Source of the DNA: a bacterium
GTDB taxonomy: Bacteria; Zhuqueibacterota; Zhuqueibacteria; Residuimicrobiales; Krinioviventaceae
Assembly (NCBI GenBank): GCA_963674595.2
Contig: CAXXFV010000003.1
Span: 160,001 to 224,000 of the forward strand
Direction of reading: 5' to 3'
DNA: 64,000 nucleotides
The notes beneath the pieces are model-generated. The model saw nothing but the letters and a program-made list of their open reading frames with translations. It made no database searches and was not told the origin of the DNA. Of this stretch, positions 1 through 9,946 are shown in pieces; within the stretch, counting starts at the first letter, position 1; each line of letters starts with the position of its first letter. The position numbers and the translations under genes are program-made.

Positions 1-1
1 T

Positions 2-940
2 CCCTTTGAAATACTGCTCACACAGGAACCGGCAAAAAAAGAATATACTGTTTTAGACACTCCAGACTATAAAACATTATTTCTCTTGAACAGTTATACC
101 ACATCCTATCATTTTTCAACAACCAACATATTATCCGGTTCAAAACCGGGCAAAAAAGATAAAATAGTGGCTTTTGCCAATCCATTCGTAACCCAAAACG
201 AAAGTATGGATAAACAATTACAATTCAGATGGCGTACCGGATTCCGGTTTGAACCTTTACCCTTTGCAGAGCTGGAAGCGCGACAAATAAAAAAAATAAA
301 CAACAGTACCAACCTGTTTACACGTGAAGCAGCAAACGAACAGAATTTACAGCTCTATGCGCAAAAGTGCGATATATTACATTTTGCCACCCACGCATTT
401 GCAGATACATTGTATGATATTTTTTCAGGCCTGGTCCTGGCAACACCAAAGGATTCTTTAAAAGACGGCCTTTTATTAGGATACGAAATCCCGGAACTGA
501 ACCTTAACTGCCAACTTGTAACACTGAGCGCCTGTGAAACCGGTCGCGGGCAGGTTGTTTCAGGTGAAGGTGTTTTAGGTCTGCCGCGCCTCTTTATAAA
601 AGCCGGTGCACGCACCGTTATGATGACATTGTGGAAAGTAGATGATTACCTGACATCCAAACTTGTTCCTAAATTCTACTCTTATTTTATTCAAAAAAAC
701 GTATCCAAGGCTAAAGCATTAAGACTGGCAAAATTGGATATTCTATCTCTTCCCCCTTCACAGCAATCCTTTCATTACCAGCATCCGGTCTACTGGGCTT
801 CTTTTATGCTTTATGGTGATCCGGGATTTGCAGCCGAACCTCCGGCATGCCGCTTAACTTTAATTCTTTTTGGTTTATCAGGATTGATATTTTTAGTTAT
901 TGTTATTTGGGTAATAAAAATAAAAAACAGAAAATTCTGA
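2..940 (+). CDS. CHAT domain (caspase-like peptidase) protein, 5' partial, with C-terminal transmembrane helix
   Basis: Frame open from position 2 (PFEILL...); HFATHA and VTLSACETGRG catalytic His/Cys motifs, LWKVDD and HPVYWASF motifs; hydrophobic C-terminal tail followed by basic residues. Confidence 0.9.
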   Translation, partial: PFEILLTQEPAKKEYTVLDTPDYKTLFLLNSYTTSYHFSTTNILSGSKPGKKDKIVAFANPFVTQNESMDKQLQFRWRTGFRFEPLPFAELEARQIKKINNSTNLFTREAANEQNLQLYAQKCDILHFATHAFADTLYDIFSGLVLATPKDSLKDGLLLGYEIPELNLNCQLVTLSACETGRGQVVSGEGVLGLPRLFIKAGARTVMMTLWKVDDYLTSKLVPKFYSYFIQKNVSKAKALRLAKLDILSLPPSQQSFHYQHPVYWASFMLYGDPGFAAEPPACRLTLILFGLSGLIFLVIVIWVIKIKNRKF

Positions 941-1178
941 AACGAAATATTTCTCAACACAAAATTTCCGTTTTTTTTAATCTGCTACATTCATTGGAAT
1001 TTATAATGGGACTATATATGTTCTAATGTCAATACAAAAATCATCATAAACTTTATTAACATAACCTTTATTTTATTTGAAATTTACATAAAAAAAACTA
1101 CATTTACGGATAGCATATAAAATTAAGCATATTGTCTTTTAAAAGAATTTAAAGGATTTCAATTTGTGGAGGTTAAGA

Positions 1179-2054
1179 ATGAAACATAAAACTGTACATT
1201 ATATATTTTTACTTTTGTTACCCCTTTCAACGCTCTTTTCCCAGCAAAGTCCCAAAGAACCGACAGAAAAGCAGGAAAAACCAAAATTCGGCTGGAAAAA
1301 GGAACTGGTTGGAAGTTTAAACCTGGCGCAAACGAGTTTTAATAACTGGAGTAAGGGTGGTGAAAACTCTACTGCCTGGCAGGTTAATGTCAACTTTAAG
1401 TTTGAAAATGATCAGAAAAAAACCAACTGGAGTAATTCCGGAACGCTAAGTTATGGTAGAAATAAAACCGGCGACCAGGGTTCACGAAAATCAGTGGATG
1501 AAATAAAGCTGGAAAGTGTTTATTCATACAAAATAGGAATTTGTGTCAATCCATTTGTTGCCGTTTCCGGCGAATCACAGTTTGGGCCCGGCTATGACTA
1601 TAAGATTGAACCGGAAGTCAAGGTTTCAAAATTTATGGATCCGGGATATTTTAGAGAAAGTATCGGATTTGGCGTATCTCCGATAAAAGTAGTAAAAACA
1701 CGTTTAGGTGCCGCCATAAAACAAACCGTTACCAATCAATACCCGTCTCCCTATGCAGATGATCCGGATACGGACAAAATTGAAAAATTTAAAAACGAAA
1801 TAGGTATTGAATCTGTTACAGATATTAATATAAAATTATCTGCAACATCGGCACTGCAATCAAAAATTGAACTCTTTTCCAACACAAAAGCGTTTGACGA
1901 AATTGATGTTAACTGGGACAACCTGTTGACATCAAAGATATCAAAATATTTTAGTTTTAATTTTACGGTAAAATTGTTGTACGACAAGGATGTTTCAGTT
2001 AAAAGACAGTTAAAACAATCTATGGCCATTGGATTAAGCTATAACTTTTTATAA
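1179..2054 (+). CDS. Outer-membrane beta-barrel protein, DUF3078-like
   Basis: GGAGG RBS before ATG 1179, signal peptide, SFNNWSKGGENS motif, C-terminal GLSYNFL beta-signal. Confidence 0.75.
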   Translation: MKHKTVHYIFLLLLPLSTLFSQQSPKEPTEKQEKPKFGWKKELVGSLNLAQTSFNNWSKGGENSTAWQVNVNFKFENDQKKTNWSNSGTLSYGRNKTGDQGSRKSVDEIKLESVYSYKIGICVNPFVAVSGESQFGPGYDYKIEPEVKVSKFMDPGYFRESIGFGVSPIKVVKTRLGAAIKQTVTNQYPSPYADDPDTDKIEKFKNEIGIESVTDINIKLSATSALQSKIELFSNTKAFDEIDVNWDNLLTSKISKYFSFNFTVKLLYDKDVSVKRQLKQSMAIGLSYNFL

Positions 2055-2174
2055 AAAATAAAAATGAATCATTATTTATTCCTTGCGAAATTAAATGCAA
2101 TTGTTTACAATATTTGATAGTCCATAAAAAATAAAAGGAATAACCGACATTCTAATTAAGTGGAGGTCGTCCCC

Positions 2175-2966
2175 ATGGATTTTCGCCTTCTTGCTTTAAT
2201 GCTTTCTGCCCATTTGATTGCGGATTACATTTTTCAGACAGGCACGCTGATAAAAGCTAAAAAAGCCGGTGAACTGGATGCTTTGCTTTTTCACATCTTT
2301 AGCTTTGGTTTTTTTTCGCTTATATTAACATTACCATGGTGGTCCTGGCTTTGGATTTCTTTGGTTGCATTGATAACCTTTATGCATGGTTTTATTGACG
2401 TTATTAAAATAGAATTGACCAAAAAAAAACCTAAACATGCATTTCAATTAGAACTTATCGACCTATCCCTGCACTTGCTGATCATCATTGTTATAATCGG
2501 TGTTTTTTCCCCGAAAATGTTGGATATCCATTCAACCAGCTTTTTGTACAACAACACTTTATTTTATCAATTAATTTTACTCGCGGCAACTGTTTCGTTC
2601 ACATGTCGCGGAGGAACCGTAATTGTTAACAAACTGACAAATCAGGTTGTATTTCATTCAACCTCGGAAGAAGAAGAAAAAGACTCTGATGATATTGATA
2701 AGGAACTTGTTCATTCCAGTACAGTTGTTACCAAAATAGAACGGCTTATTACTTTTGTTTTTGTACTATACGGACAATATCTGCCTATTATTTTCCTCAT
2801 ACTGACCAAAACGGTTGCTGAGCACAAAAATCTGGATAATAAAAAATTTGTCGATTTTTTTGTCATCAGTACTTTTACCAGCATATTAATCGCCATACTC
2901 GCCGCTGAATTTTATAAATTTATGTTAACTCAGGTGGACTTTTTTCTGATAAACCTGAATCCCTGA
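2175..2966 (+). CDS. DUF3307-like membrane protein
   Basis: HLIADYIFQT N-terminal motif, conserved His residues, multiple TM helices; GGAGG before ATG 2175. Confidence 0.7.
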   Translation: MDFRLLALMLSAHLIADYIFQTGTLIKAKKAGELDALLFHIFSFGFFSLILTLPWWSWLWISLVALITFMHGFIDVIKIELTKKKPKHAFQLELIDLSLHLLIIIVIIGVFSPKMLDIHSTSFLYNNTLFYQLILLAATVSFTCRGGTVIVNKLTNQVVFHSTSEEEEKDSDDIDKELVHSSTVVTKIERLITFVFVLYGQYLPIIFLILTKTVAEHKNLDNKKFVDFFVISTFTSILIAILAAEFYKFMLTQVDFFLINLNP

Positions 2967-3034
2967 AATAGAATTTTTACAAAATACCAGAAAAATTGAT
3001 AATTCGAAAAAGGGATGTCGGGTAATATATAAAA

Positions 3035-3859
3035 ATGGAACAAACACAAAAGCATAAAAAATCTATCTCTGAGATTTTTAACAGGGCTGCGGACCGATAC
3101 GGAAAAACAGGTCCGGACTTTTTCAACTATTTTGGCGAGAGAATTGTTAAACATGCAGAACTAAAACAAAACATGGTCGTTCTTGATGTTGCCTGCGGCA
3201 GGGGAGCAAGTATGTTTCCGGCAAGCAAAATTGTCGGCAAAGTATTTGGTATTGATATATCATCAGAAATGATCAGGCGCACAAAACTCGATATTTTAAA
3301 TCCCGGCATAGATAATATCGAATTGCATGAAATGGATATTGAAAACCTCAACTTTTCTGAAAACATGTTTGATGCGGTTATTTGTGGATTTAGCCTGTTT
3401 TTTCTACCAAATTTACCGCTTGCATTACAGGAAATTAACCGGGTTTTAAAACCGGAAAGTTTATTTACAACATCTACATTTGGGAAAAGAGATGAGCGCT
3501 GGACGCCAATTCTTGAAATGATGGGATTCTCTACTGAAAAACTAAAAGCGATGACCCAGTCAACAAATAAAATGCTGAATTCAGAAAAAGAAATACTGGC
3601 TAACTTTGAAAATAGCGGATTAAAGATAATTGAAATCTGTCAGGAACAAAAAGAATTTTACTATAAAACCAGAGAAGAATGGTGGAATTCAATATGGGCC
3701 AGTGGTTATCGTGGATTTTTAGAAAGGCTTGATGAACAGTCACTAAACAATTTCAGAGAAAAATCATTTGACTTTTTATCAAGCTTAGAGGACGAAAACG
3801 GGATTCCGGAAATTGTTACGGTATTAATTACGAAAGCAAAAAAGATAAGCAGTAATTAA
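3035..3859 (+). CDS. Class I SAM-dependent methyltransferase (UbiE-like fold)
   Basis: VLDVACGRG motif I, GIDIS, FDAVIC, RVLKP motifs. Confidence 0.85.
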   Translation: MEQTQKHKKSISEIFNRAADRYGKTGPDFFNYFGERIVKHAELKQNMVVLDVACGRGASMFPASKIVGKVFGIDISSEMIRRTKLDILNPGIDNIELHEMDIENLNFSENMFDAVICGFSLFFLPNLPLALQEINRVLKPESLFTTSTFGKRDERWTPILEMMGFSTEKLKAMTQSTNKMLNSEKEILANFENSGLKIIEICQEQKEFYYKTREEWWNSIWASGYRGFLERLDEQSLNNFREKSFDFLSSLEDENGIPEIVTVLITKAKKISSN

Positions 3860-3891
3860 CCGGGTTTTAGATATAATTTCTTTCTATTCTG

Positions 3892-3922
3892 ACAAGTGTC
3901 TGCCATATTGACAGACACTTGT
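3892..3922. promoter_or_regulatory. Perfect 11-bp inverted repeat upstream of htpG (operator/enhancer site or terminator)
   Basis: ACAAGTGTCTG-N9-CAGACACTTGT. Confidence 0.45.
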
Positions 3923-4064
3923 AAATTAGTTACAAAATCATATTCTCCACAAACCACTGTTTTACAATATTTTAATTATCAAAAAAAACTTTAGCACAGT
4001 ATTTGCAATATCACACGGGAAAATTTTAAAAAATCATAAAACGACATAAAAGGAGATTTTTAAT

Positions 4065-5966
4065 ATGGCTAATGAGCAATCGGCTTCCGGCAGTTATCAA
4101 TTTCAAGCTGAAGTGCGCCAACTATTAGACATTTTGACACATTCACTGTATACACACCGGGATATTTTTATCCGTGAACTAATTTCAAATGCCGCAGATG
4201 CGCTGGATAAAGCGCGTTTTAAAAGTATTAAAGGCGAAGAACTTGTTGATGCCGAACTTGATTTGAATATTAAAATTGATCTGGATAAAGATAATAAGCT
4301 CTTTACGATTTCCGATACCGGCATCGGAATGACCAAACAGGAGCTGATTAATAATATCGGCACCATTGCACGTTCCGGAACGTCAGAGTTTGTCAAACAA
4401 CTGGCCAAAGAAAAAAATTCGGACCTGAATTTGATCGGACGATTCGGCATCGGTTTTTATTCCGTGTTTATGGCCGGGGAAAAAGTCGAAATTATTACCA
4501 AATCCGCCGATAAAAATGAACCTTCCTATATCTGGACAAGCGACGGTCAGGGAGAATTTGAAATAACAGACGGCCCTGCGGATGCAAAAAGAGGCACACA
4601 AATTAAAGTATATTTACGTGAAGACGCAGCAGACTTTGCTGAAAACTGGAACGTAAAAAGTATTATTGAAAAATATTCCAATTTTGTACCGTTCCCAATC
4701 AACCTGGACGGCGAACAAATCAACACGGTTTCAGCCATTTGGAGAGAACCAAAATCATCGGTAAAACAGGACCAGTATAACGAATTTTATAAATTTATTG
4801 CCAAACAGGGTGATGAACCATTAACTCACCTGCATTTTTCCGCTGATGTACCCATTCAGTTCAATTCTCTTCTTTTTATCCCCAAATCCAATATGGAACT
4901 GATGGGATTCGGACGTGATGATGACGGCTTACATCTGTTTGTTAAACGGGTTATGGTGGATTCACATGACAAGGAACTGCTGCCGAATTACCTCAGATTT
5001 GTACGAGGCGTTGTCGAAAGTGATGATTTGCCTTTAAACATCTCCCGCGAAACATTGCAGGAAAACCCGCATCATTTTAAAATCCGCAATACCATAACCA
5101 GCAAATTGCTTTCCCATCTTCAGGACCTGGCGAAAAAAGAAGCGGAACAATACAATGAATTCTGGAAACAGCATGGTCGTATTTTTAAAGAAGGTTATAA
5201 TGATTTTGGTAACAAGGAAAAAGTAGCAGACCTTTTCCGTTTTAACTCTTCAAAATGCGAAACAGCGGATGAATTGATATCATTGCAAACTTATATTGAC
5301 CGTATGCCGGAACATCAGGAAGAAATTTACTTTTTGTCCGGACCGGATAAAAAGACCGTGCAAAGCAATCCTGTTATGGAAATCTTTCGCGCCAAAGATG
5401 TTGAAGTTTTATTCTGTTATGACCCGTTGGACGAATTTGCCCTGCCGGGTTTAATGGAATTTAAAGGCAAGAAAATAATTTCCGCCGACCAGGCAGACCT
5501 GGACAATCTTAATAAACTTGCCTCTGTCGAACCGGAAAAACAGGATGAAGAAAAAGAAGAAAAAACAGATAAAAAAGAGATAGATAAACTTGCACGCCGA
5601 ATTAAAGACATTCTTGGTGATAAAGTCGAAGATGTTAAAATTTCCGAACGATTGGTGGACAGCCCTGCGATTCTTTTGGGCGCCAACAAAGGCATGTCTG
5701 CACAAATGGAAAAAATCATGCACATGTACAATCCGGATGCTGCCATGAGCAAAAAAGTTATGGAAATTAATCCAAAACACGGTATGATTAAAAAGCTGTT
5801 GGGCATTTATCAAAAAGATGTGCAGGACCCAATGTTGACAAAACTGGTTAACAATCTGTTCAACAGCGTTGCTCTATTAGACGGCAGTATCGAAAATCCC
5901 AATGAAATGGCTTTGGCCCTGCAGGAGCTCTTGTCTGAGGCAACGAATTTATATACAAAAGAATAA
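4065..5966 (+). CDS. htpG: Chaperone HtpG (Hsp90)
   Basis: FQAEVRQLL, IFIRELISNAADA, DTGIGMT, IGRFGIGFYS, DLPLNISRETLQ motifs; AGGAG RBS. Confidence 0.97.
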   Translation: MANEQSASGSYQFQAEVRQLLDILTHSLYTHRDIFIRELISNAADALDKARFKSIKGEELVDAELDLNIKIDLDKDNKLFTISDTGIGMTKQELINNIGTIARSGTSEFVKQLAKEKNSDLNLIGRFGIGFYSVFMAGEKVEIITKSADKNEPSYIWTSDGQGEFEITDGPADAKRGTQIKVYLREDAADFAENWNVKSIIEKYSNFVPFPINLDGEQINTVSAIWREPKSSVKQDQYNEFYKFIAKQGDEPLTHLHFSADVPIQFNSLLFIPKSNMELMGFGRDDDGLHLFVKRVMVDSHDKELLPNYLRFVRGVVESDDLPLNISRETLQENPHHFKIRNTITSKLLSHLQDLAKKEAEQYNEFWKQHGRIFKEGYNDFGNKEKVADLFRFNSSKCETADELISLQTYIDRMPEHQEEIYFLSGPDKKTVQSNPVMEIFRAKDVEVLFCYDPLDEFALPGLMEFKGKKIISADQADLDNLNKLASVEPEKQDEEKEEKTDKKEIDKLARRIKDILGDKVEDVKISERLVDSPAILLGANKGMSAQMEKIMHMYNPDAAMSKKVMEINPKHGMIKKLLGIYQKDVQDPMLTKLVNNLFNSVALLDGSIENPNEMALALQELLSEATNLYTKE

Positions 5967-5982
5967 AAATATTTATACTCTT

Positions 5983-6012
5983 AAAAAAAGGGAACAGCTT
6001 GTTCCCTTTTTT
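5983..6012. terminator. Bidirectional rho-independent terminator between htpG and rnhC
   Basis: AAAAAAAGGGAACA-GCT-TGTTCCCTTTTTT between convergent genes. Confidence 0.85.
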
Positions 6013-6910
6013 ATTTTAATACGTCCCGGGTTGTTTTAAAATGCAATTTTGCAACCTCTTGCAGATGATCTTTACCATATTTTTTCACAAACCTCCTCGC
6101 AGCACCCAGCACCGTCGTCGCCCCTTTTGGCAATTCTATTTGAAAGGTTTCCGACAGTTTTTTCATCTCCACCAAATACCTGGCCCTGGCCAATATCGAG
6201 GCGGCCGCAACAGCAATATTTTGCTCTCCCTGAAACTGCTGGATCACATGAAACTGTTTATCATGACCTGACAATACATCACTTATAACATGCTCCCCGG
6301 CAAAACGGTCCAGGAAAATATTTCGGCAGCCAGTGCGTTTACTTACCTGGGAAAACGTCTGTACATGAAGCCAGGCCAAAAGTCCGTTAAGATTTTTTCT
6401 ATTATCACTAAATTCTTTATATTTGGTATTGTATTCCGGCGGCGTAAGAACCGTAACTTTATAATTGTTTTTAACGATTTTTAAAATAGCCGACGCCGTT
6501 TCCACAATCCTGTTGTCGGTCAACGCTTTACTGTCCCGAACACCTGCTGCCTGCAAAGCATGGCTGGTCTGTTCATCCACAAAAACAGCCGCACACACCA
6601 ACGGACCAAAATAGTCACCCTTACCGGACTCGTCGCAGCCGATTACCGGAAAATCCACATCATAAACTGTTTTTTCCTTTTCTCCGACTATTATCTGCTC
6701 GATTTTTTGGGCCTGTACATTGCTCTTTAATTGCGAATAATCATATTTGATTACGCCTTTTTTATTTTGATATATCCGCAAAACACCACTCCACCCTGCC
6801 TGCGAAACCAGAAATTGTATTCCAAAATTTATCGTTTTTAATTCACCAACGTTATATTCCGACTGTTGTAACTTTTCTCTAATTGTTTGGTAAAGCTGTT
6901 GTAACGGCAA
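6011..6910 (-). CDS. rnhC: Ribonuclease HIII
   Basis: IGCDESGKGDYFGPL, GVRDSK, VAAASILAR, LPKGA, AKLHFKT; likely TTG start at 6910 after AGGAGA. Confidence 0.88.
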   Translation of the reverse strand: MPLQQLYQTIREKLQQSEYNVGELKTINFGIQFLVSQAGWSGVLRIYQNKKGVIKYDYSQLKSNVQAQKIEQIIVGEKEKTVYDVDFPVIGCDESGKGDYFGPLVCAAVFVDEQTSHALQAAGVRDSKALTDNRIVETASAILKIVKNNYKVTVLTPPEYNTKYKEFSDNRKNLNGLLAWLHVQTFSQVSKRTGCRNIFLDRFAGEHVISDVLSGHDKQFHVIQQFQGEQNIAVAAASILARARYLVEMKKLSETFQIELPKGATTVLGAARRFVKKYGKDHLQEVAKLHFKTTRDVLK

Positions 6911-7081
6911 AATGTCTCCTGTTTGTTTAAACTGAGAGGTACGATTTAAAACCTGCCTCATTTTTATTGAAACCATACATTGTATGGAATTTTTAACAAA
7001 CACACAATATGAAAATTGTTGATTAATTAAATTGAAAACAGAACATATAAAAACTATTATGAATAAATTTTCACTTTTTTC

Positions 7082-7125
7082 AAAAAAGGCTTGCACAGGT
7101 TTTATATATTTCGTACAATTGTCTA
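7082..7125 (+). promoter_or_regulatory. Promoter-bearing repeat, copy 1 (TTGCAC-18-TACAAT)
   Basis: CTTGCACAGGTTTTATAT shared with copies at 10619 and 15424. Confidence 0.6.
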
Positions 7126-7489
7126 TCGGTTAAAAGATAAATGGTTGGGATAATCGGAAGTTTGCGGGTATTCCTGTAACACATCTTTAATTGATTTTCC
7201 ACAAAACAAAAAATTGGGATTAAAATTTTTCAGGTAAAATTTACTTTGGCCATACCTATATTCTGTTAGTGTTTTATATAAACAACCTAGTGAGGTAAAT
7301 TATATCCGATGGTATAATATTAACAACCATCAATATTTATATACCATGATGATTATTGCTCAAAATACAATTTTAATTAGAGTCTGGAATTACACCGTTT
7401 GAAAAATTGAAAATATTAATTAATACTTGAGAAAAGTTAATATTTAATCATTGCCACTACAAACAACTCTAACATTGGGAGGAAATTCT

Positions 7490-9859
7490 ATGAAAAAACT
7501 GCTGGCAATCTTTATTTTACTTTGCACGATTAGTTCATTTGCCCAAAGTAAAAAAGAAATCGAACAGGCAGCTCGAAAGCAAAAACAGGAACACTTGATT
7601 GAACGTTTGGGGAACCCTGCATTTTCTGATTTTCAATTCTCACAAATACAAAACAAAACGTTAAAACCAGTCGCTTCATCCAGTTTATACAAAAGCAACA
7701 CAACAAATGATGCCGGGCTCGTTTTTGTCACTTCAACGGGAGCTGTTATTTGGGAAAATAATACTTATGTATTCAGACTCCCACCGGAAGGTGATCCGGA
7801 AGTTGATGCCGGCCCACTCGTATTCACTGGTTACTTTTCAGATATGACTGAACACAAAAAAGCATTATATGCTACAAGAAGCAGTGGTATTTATAAAAGT
7901 ACTAACGATGGACTTTCCTGGGAACAGGTATTTGATGAATGGGTCACCAGCATTTGTTCAGATTCCACGGGTATAATCGCCGGTGGATGGGATGGCCAGC
8001 TATGGCACTCTATTGATGAAGGTAATTCATGGAACATAATGAACCAAAGTATAATTAATTTAGGCTATGATGGTGCAGTGTTTGATGTCGCCATTCGAAA
8101 CAATATCTTTCTCTATGAACCATTACTTGATTATGTTATGGTTACTACTGATAGTGGAGCAACATGGGATTCGTTAAACACAAGTAGCGGTTTTTTATGG
8201 AACGCAGATAACTCAGTGTATGGAAATGAAACTCATATATATACGGATTTATCTTTAGACGATTTACCAACTGTACGTACACTCAACGGTACCAATTTTA
8301 CAACTTTTGGAATACCCGATCTAGGTTCAATCATGTTTGATTTTTTTCGTGACAACCAAATAACCGCCATAAGTAGGGGAATGTTTGGTGGATTTTACTT
8401 TGAAGCTGCGAGTGACCCGGGTTGGAAACATCTAACAAATGCCGATGATCTTGATCTTCAAAGTTTCGCAGTTCGTCAAGATGGAACGATATTCTTTGCA
8501 GCAGGGGAAAATGGTGTACTGTTTATAAAGGAGTTGTTTGAACCCCTTAGTAAATTAACAACAATAACCGTTGAACCGCAAAATCCATCACTCGTTATAA
8601 ATCAACCCCAACAGTTCACAGCCAAAGCTTATGATCAACTGGGCGATGAGATGCCGGATGTTACATTCACTTGGGCCGTAACAGAAGGCGTTGGTGCAAT
8701 TAACGCCACCGGTGGATTTGTTTCCAACCAGGCAGGCAGCTTTACGGTGTCTGCTTCTGCCGAAGGAATTTCCGGTACGGCAACTGGAAACGTTTTCGCA
8801 CAAGATCAACTGAGCAACATAATTGTTGAGCCGCAAAATCCTGAGCTGGTTGTAGGTCAGACCCAACAGTTCACGGCAACAGGCTATAATGCTGTAGGCA
8901 ACCAGATACCGGATATCACTTTTACCTGGTCTGTAACAAATGGAGTGGGTGCGGTCAGTTCAACAGGTGAATATATCTCAAACCAGACAGGAAGTTTTAC
9001 AGTGTCCGCTTCTGCTCAGGGAATAACCGGCACATCGATCGGCAATGTCGCTGCTTATGGACAATTAAACAGCATTACCGTTGAACCGCAAAATTCGGAA
9101 CTGGTTGTGGGCAAGACACAACAATTTTCAGCAACAGGTTATGATATTCAGGGTAATCAAATACCGGGACTAACATTTACATGGGCTGTAACGAACGGTG
9201 TGGGTGCCATTAGTTCCACAGGTGAATATTTTTCAAACCAGACGGGAAGTTTTACAGTGTCTGCTTCTGCTCAAGGAATTAACGGCACAGCGACCGGCAA
9301 TGTCGCTGCTTATGGACAATTAAACAGCATTACTGTTGAACCACAGAATATTGATTTAACTGTCGGTCAGAATCAACAATTCACAGCCACAGGTTATGAT
9401 GAGCAGAATAATACTGTTCCCATAGCGGTCACATGGTCAGCCACGGGTGGAACTATTACACAAAGCGGTGTATATACGGCAGGAACAGAAGTAGGTGATA
9501 ATTTTTCAGTCACCGCTACTTTGAACGAAATCTCCGGGACCGCCACTGTTAACATTTCCAATAGCTCTAATGTCATGGTTACGGGTAATGTCCCGGAAGA
9601 ATTTAAATTATTCCAAAACTATCCGAATCCTTTTAATCCGGTTACAGCTATAAACTTTAATGTTAAAGAAACATGTAATGTAACGCTCAAAGTTGTAGAC
9701 CTTCTTGGACAAGAAGTTGCTGTTCTCACCAACAGGCAGTATACACAAGGCATGTACAAAATTCTGTTTGATGCCCATGAATTACCTTCCGGACAATATT
9801 TTTATGTCATAAACATGGGTGAGTATTTTCAGGCAAAAGTAATGACACTCTTGAAATAA
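7490..9859 (+). CDS. Secreted protein: BNR/Asp-box propeller-like N-terminus, four tandem Ig-like (Big_2) repeats, C-terminal sorting domain (T9SS type A-like)
   Basis: GGAGG RBS, signal peptide MKKLLAIF..., S-x-D-x-G-x-S/T-W Asp-boxes, repeated ITVEPQN...QQFTA units, QNYPNPFNP CTD. Confidence 0.85.
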   Translation: MKKLLAIFILLCTISSFAQSKKEIEQAARKQKQEHLIERLGNPAFSDFQFSQIQNKTLKPVASSSLYKSNTTNDAGLVFVTSTGAVIWENNTYVFRLPPEGDPEVDAGPLVFTGYFSDMTEHKKALYATRSSGIYKSTNDGLSWEQVFDEWVTSICSDSTGIIAGGWDGQLWHSIDEGNSWNIMNQSIINLGYDGAVFDVAIRNNIFLYEPLLDYVMVTTDSGATWDSLNTSSGFLWNADNSVYGNETHIYTDLSLDDLPTVRTLNGTNFTTFGIPDLGSIMFDFFRDNQITAISRGMFGGFYFEAASDPGWKHLTNADDLDLQSFAVRQDGTIFFAAGENGVLFIKELFEPLSKLTTITVEPQNPSLVINQPQQFTAKAYDQLGDEMPDVTFTWAVTEGVGAINATGGFVSNQAGSFTVSASAEGISGTATGNVFAQDQLSNIIVEPQNPELVVGQTQQFTATGYNAVGNQIPDITFTWSVTNGVGAVSSTGEYISNQTGSFTVSASAQGITGTSIGNVAAYGQLNSITVEPQNSELVVGKTQQFSATGYDIQGNQIPGLTFTWAVTNGVGAISSTGEYFSNQTGSFTVSASAQGINGTATGNVAAYGQLNSITVEPQNIDLTVGQNQQFTATGYDEQNNTVPIAVTWSATGGTITQSGVYTAGTEVGDNFSVTATLNEISGTATVNISNSSNVMVTGNVPEEFKLFQNYPNPFNPVTAINFNVKETCNVTLKVVDLLGQEVAVLTNRQYTQGMYKILFDAHELPSGQYFYVINMGEYFQAKVMTLLK
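8560..9555 (+). repeat. Tandem ~255-bp (85 aa) Ig-like domain repeats, 4 copies
   Basis: Identical 39-bp blocks at 9040 and 9295 (255 bp apart); repeated protein units. Confidence 0.85.
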
Positions 9860-9880
9860 AATTATAATCTATTTGCCGGT

Positions 9881-9915
9881 AATAAAGGGCACTGTTATAT
9901 CAGTGCCCTTTATTT
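9881..9915 (+). terminator. Rho-independent terminator
   Basis: AATAAAGGGCACTG-TTATAT-CAGTGCCCTTTATTT. Confidence 0.8.
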
Positions 9916-9946
9916 AACTCTGCACTCCCCAAATAAGATAATAATT

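Noticed and set aside
2175-2966. SatD-DUF3307 gene pair
   Set aside because: No SatD-like gene is adjacent
3991-4017. CIRCE element upstream of htpG
   Set aside because: Only TTAGCAC matches; the GAGTGCTAA right arm is absent
6911-7096. N-terminal extension of RNase HIII in the ORF track
   Set aside because: AT-rich intergenic-like sequence; an RBS-supported TTG start lies at 6910
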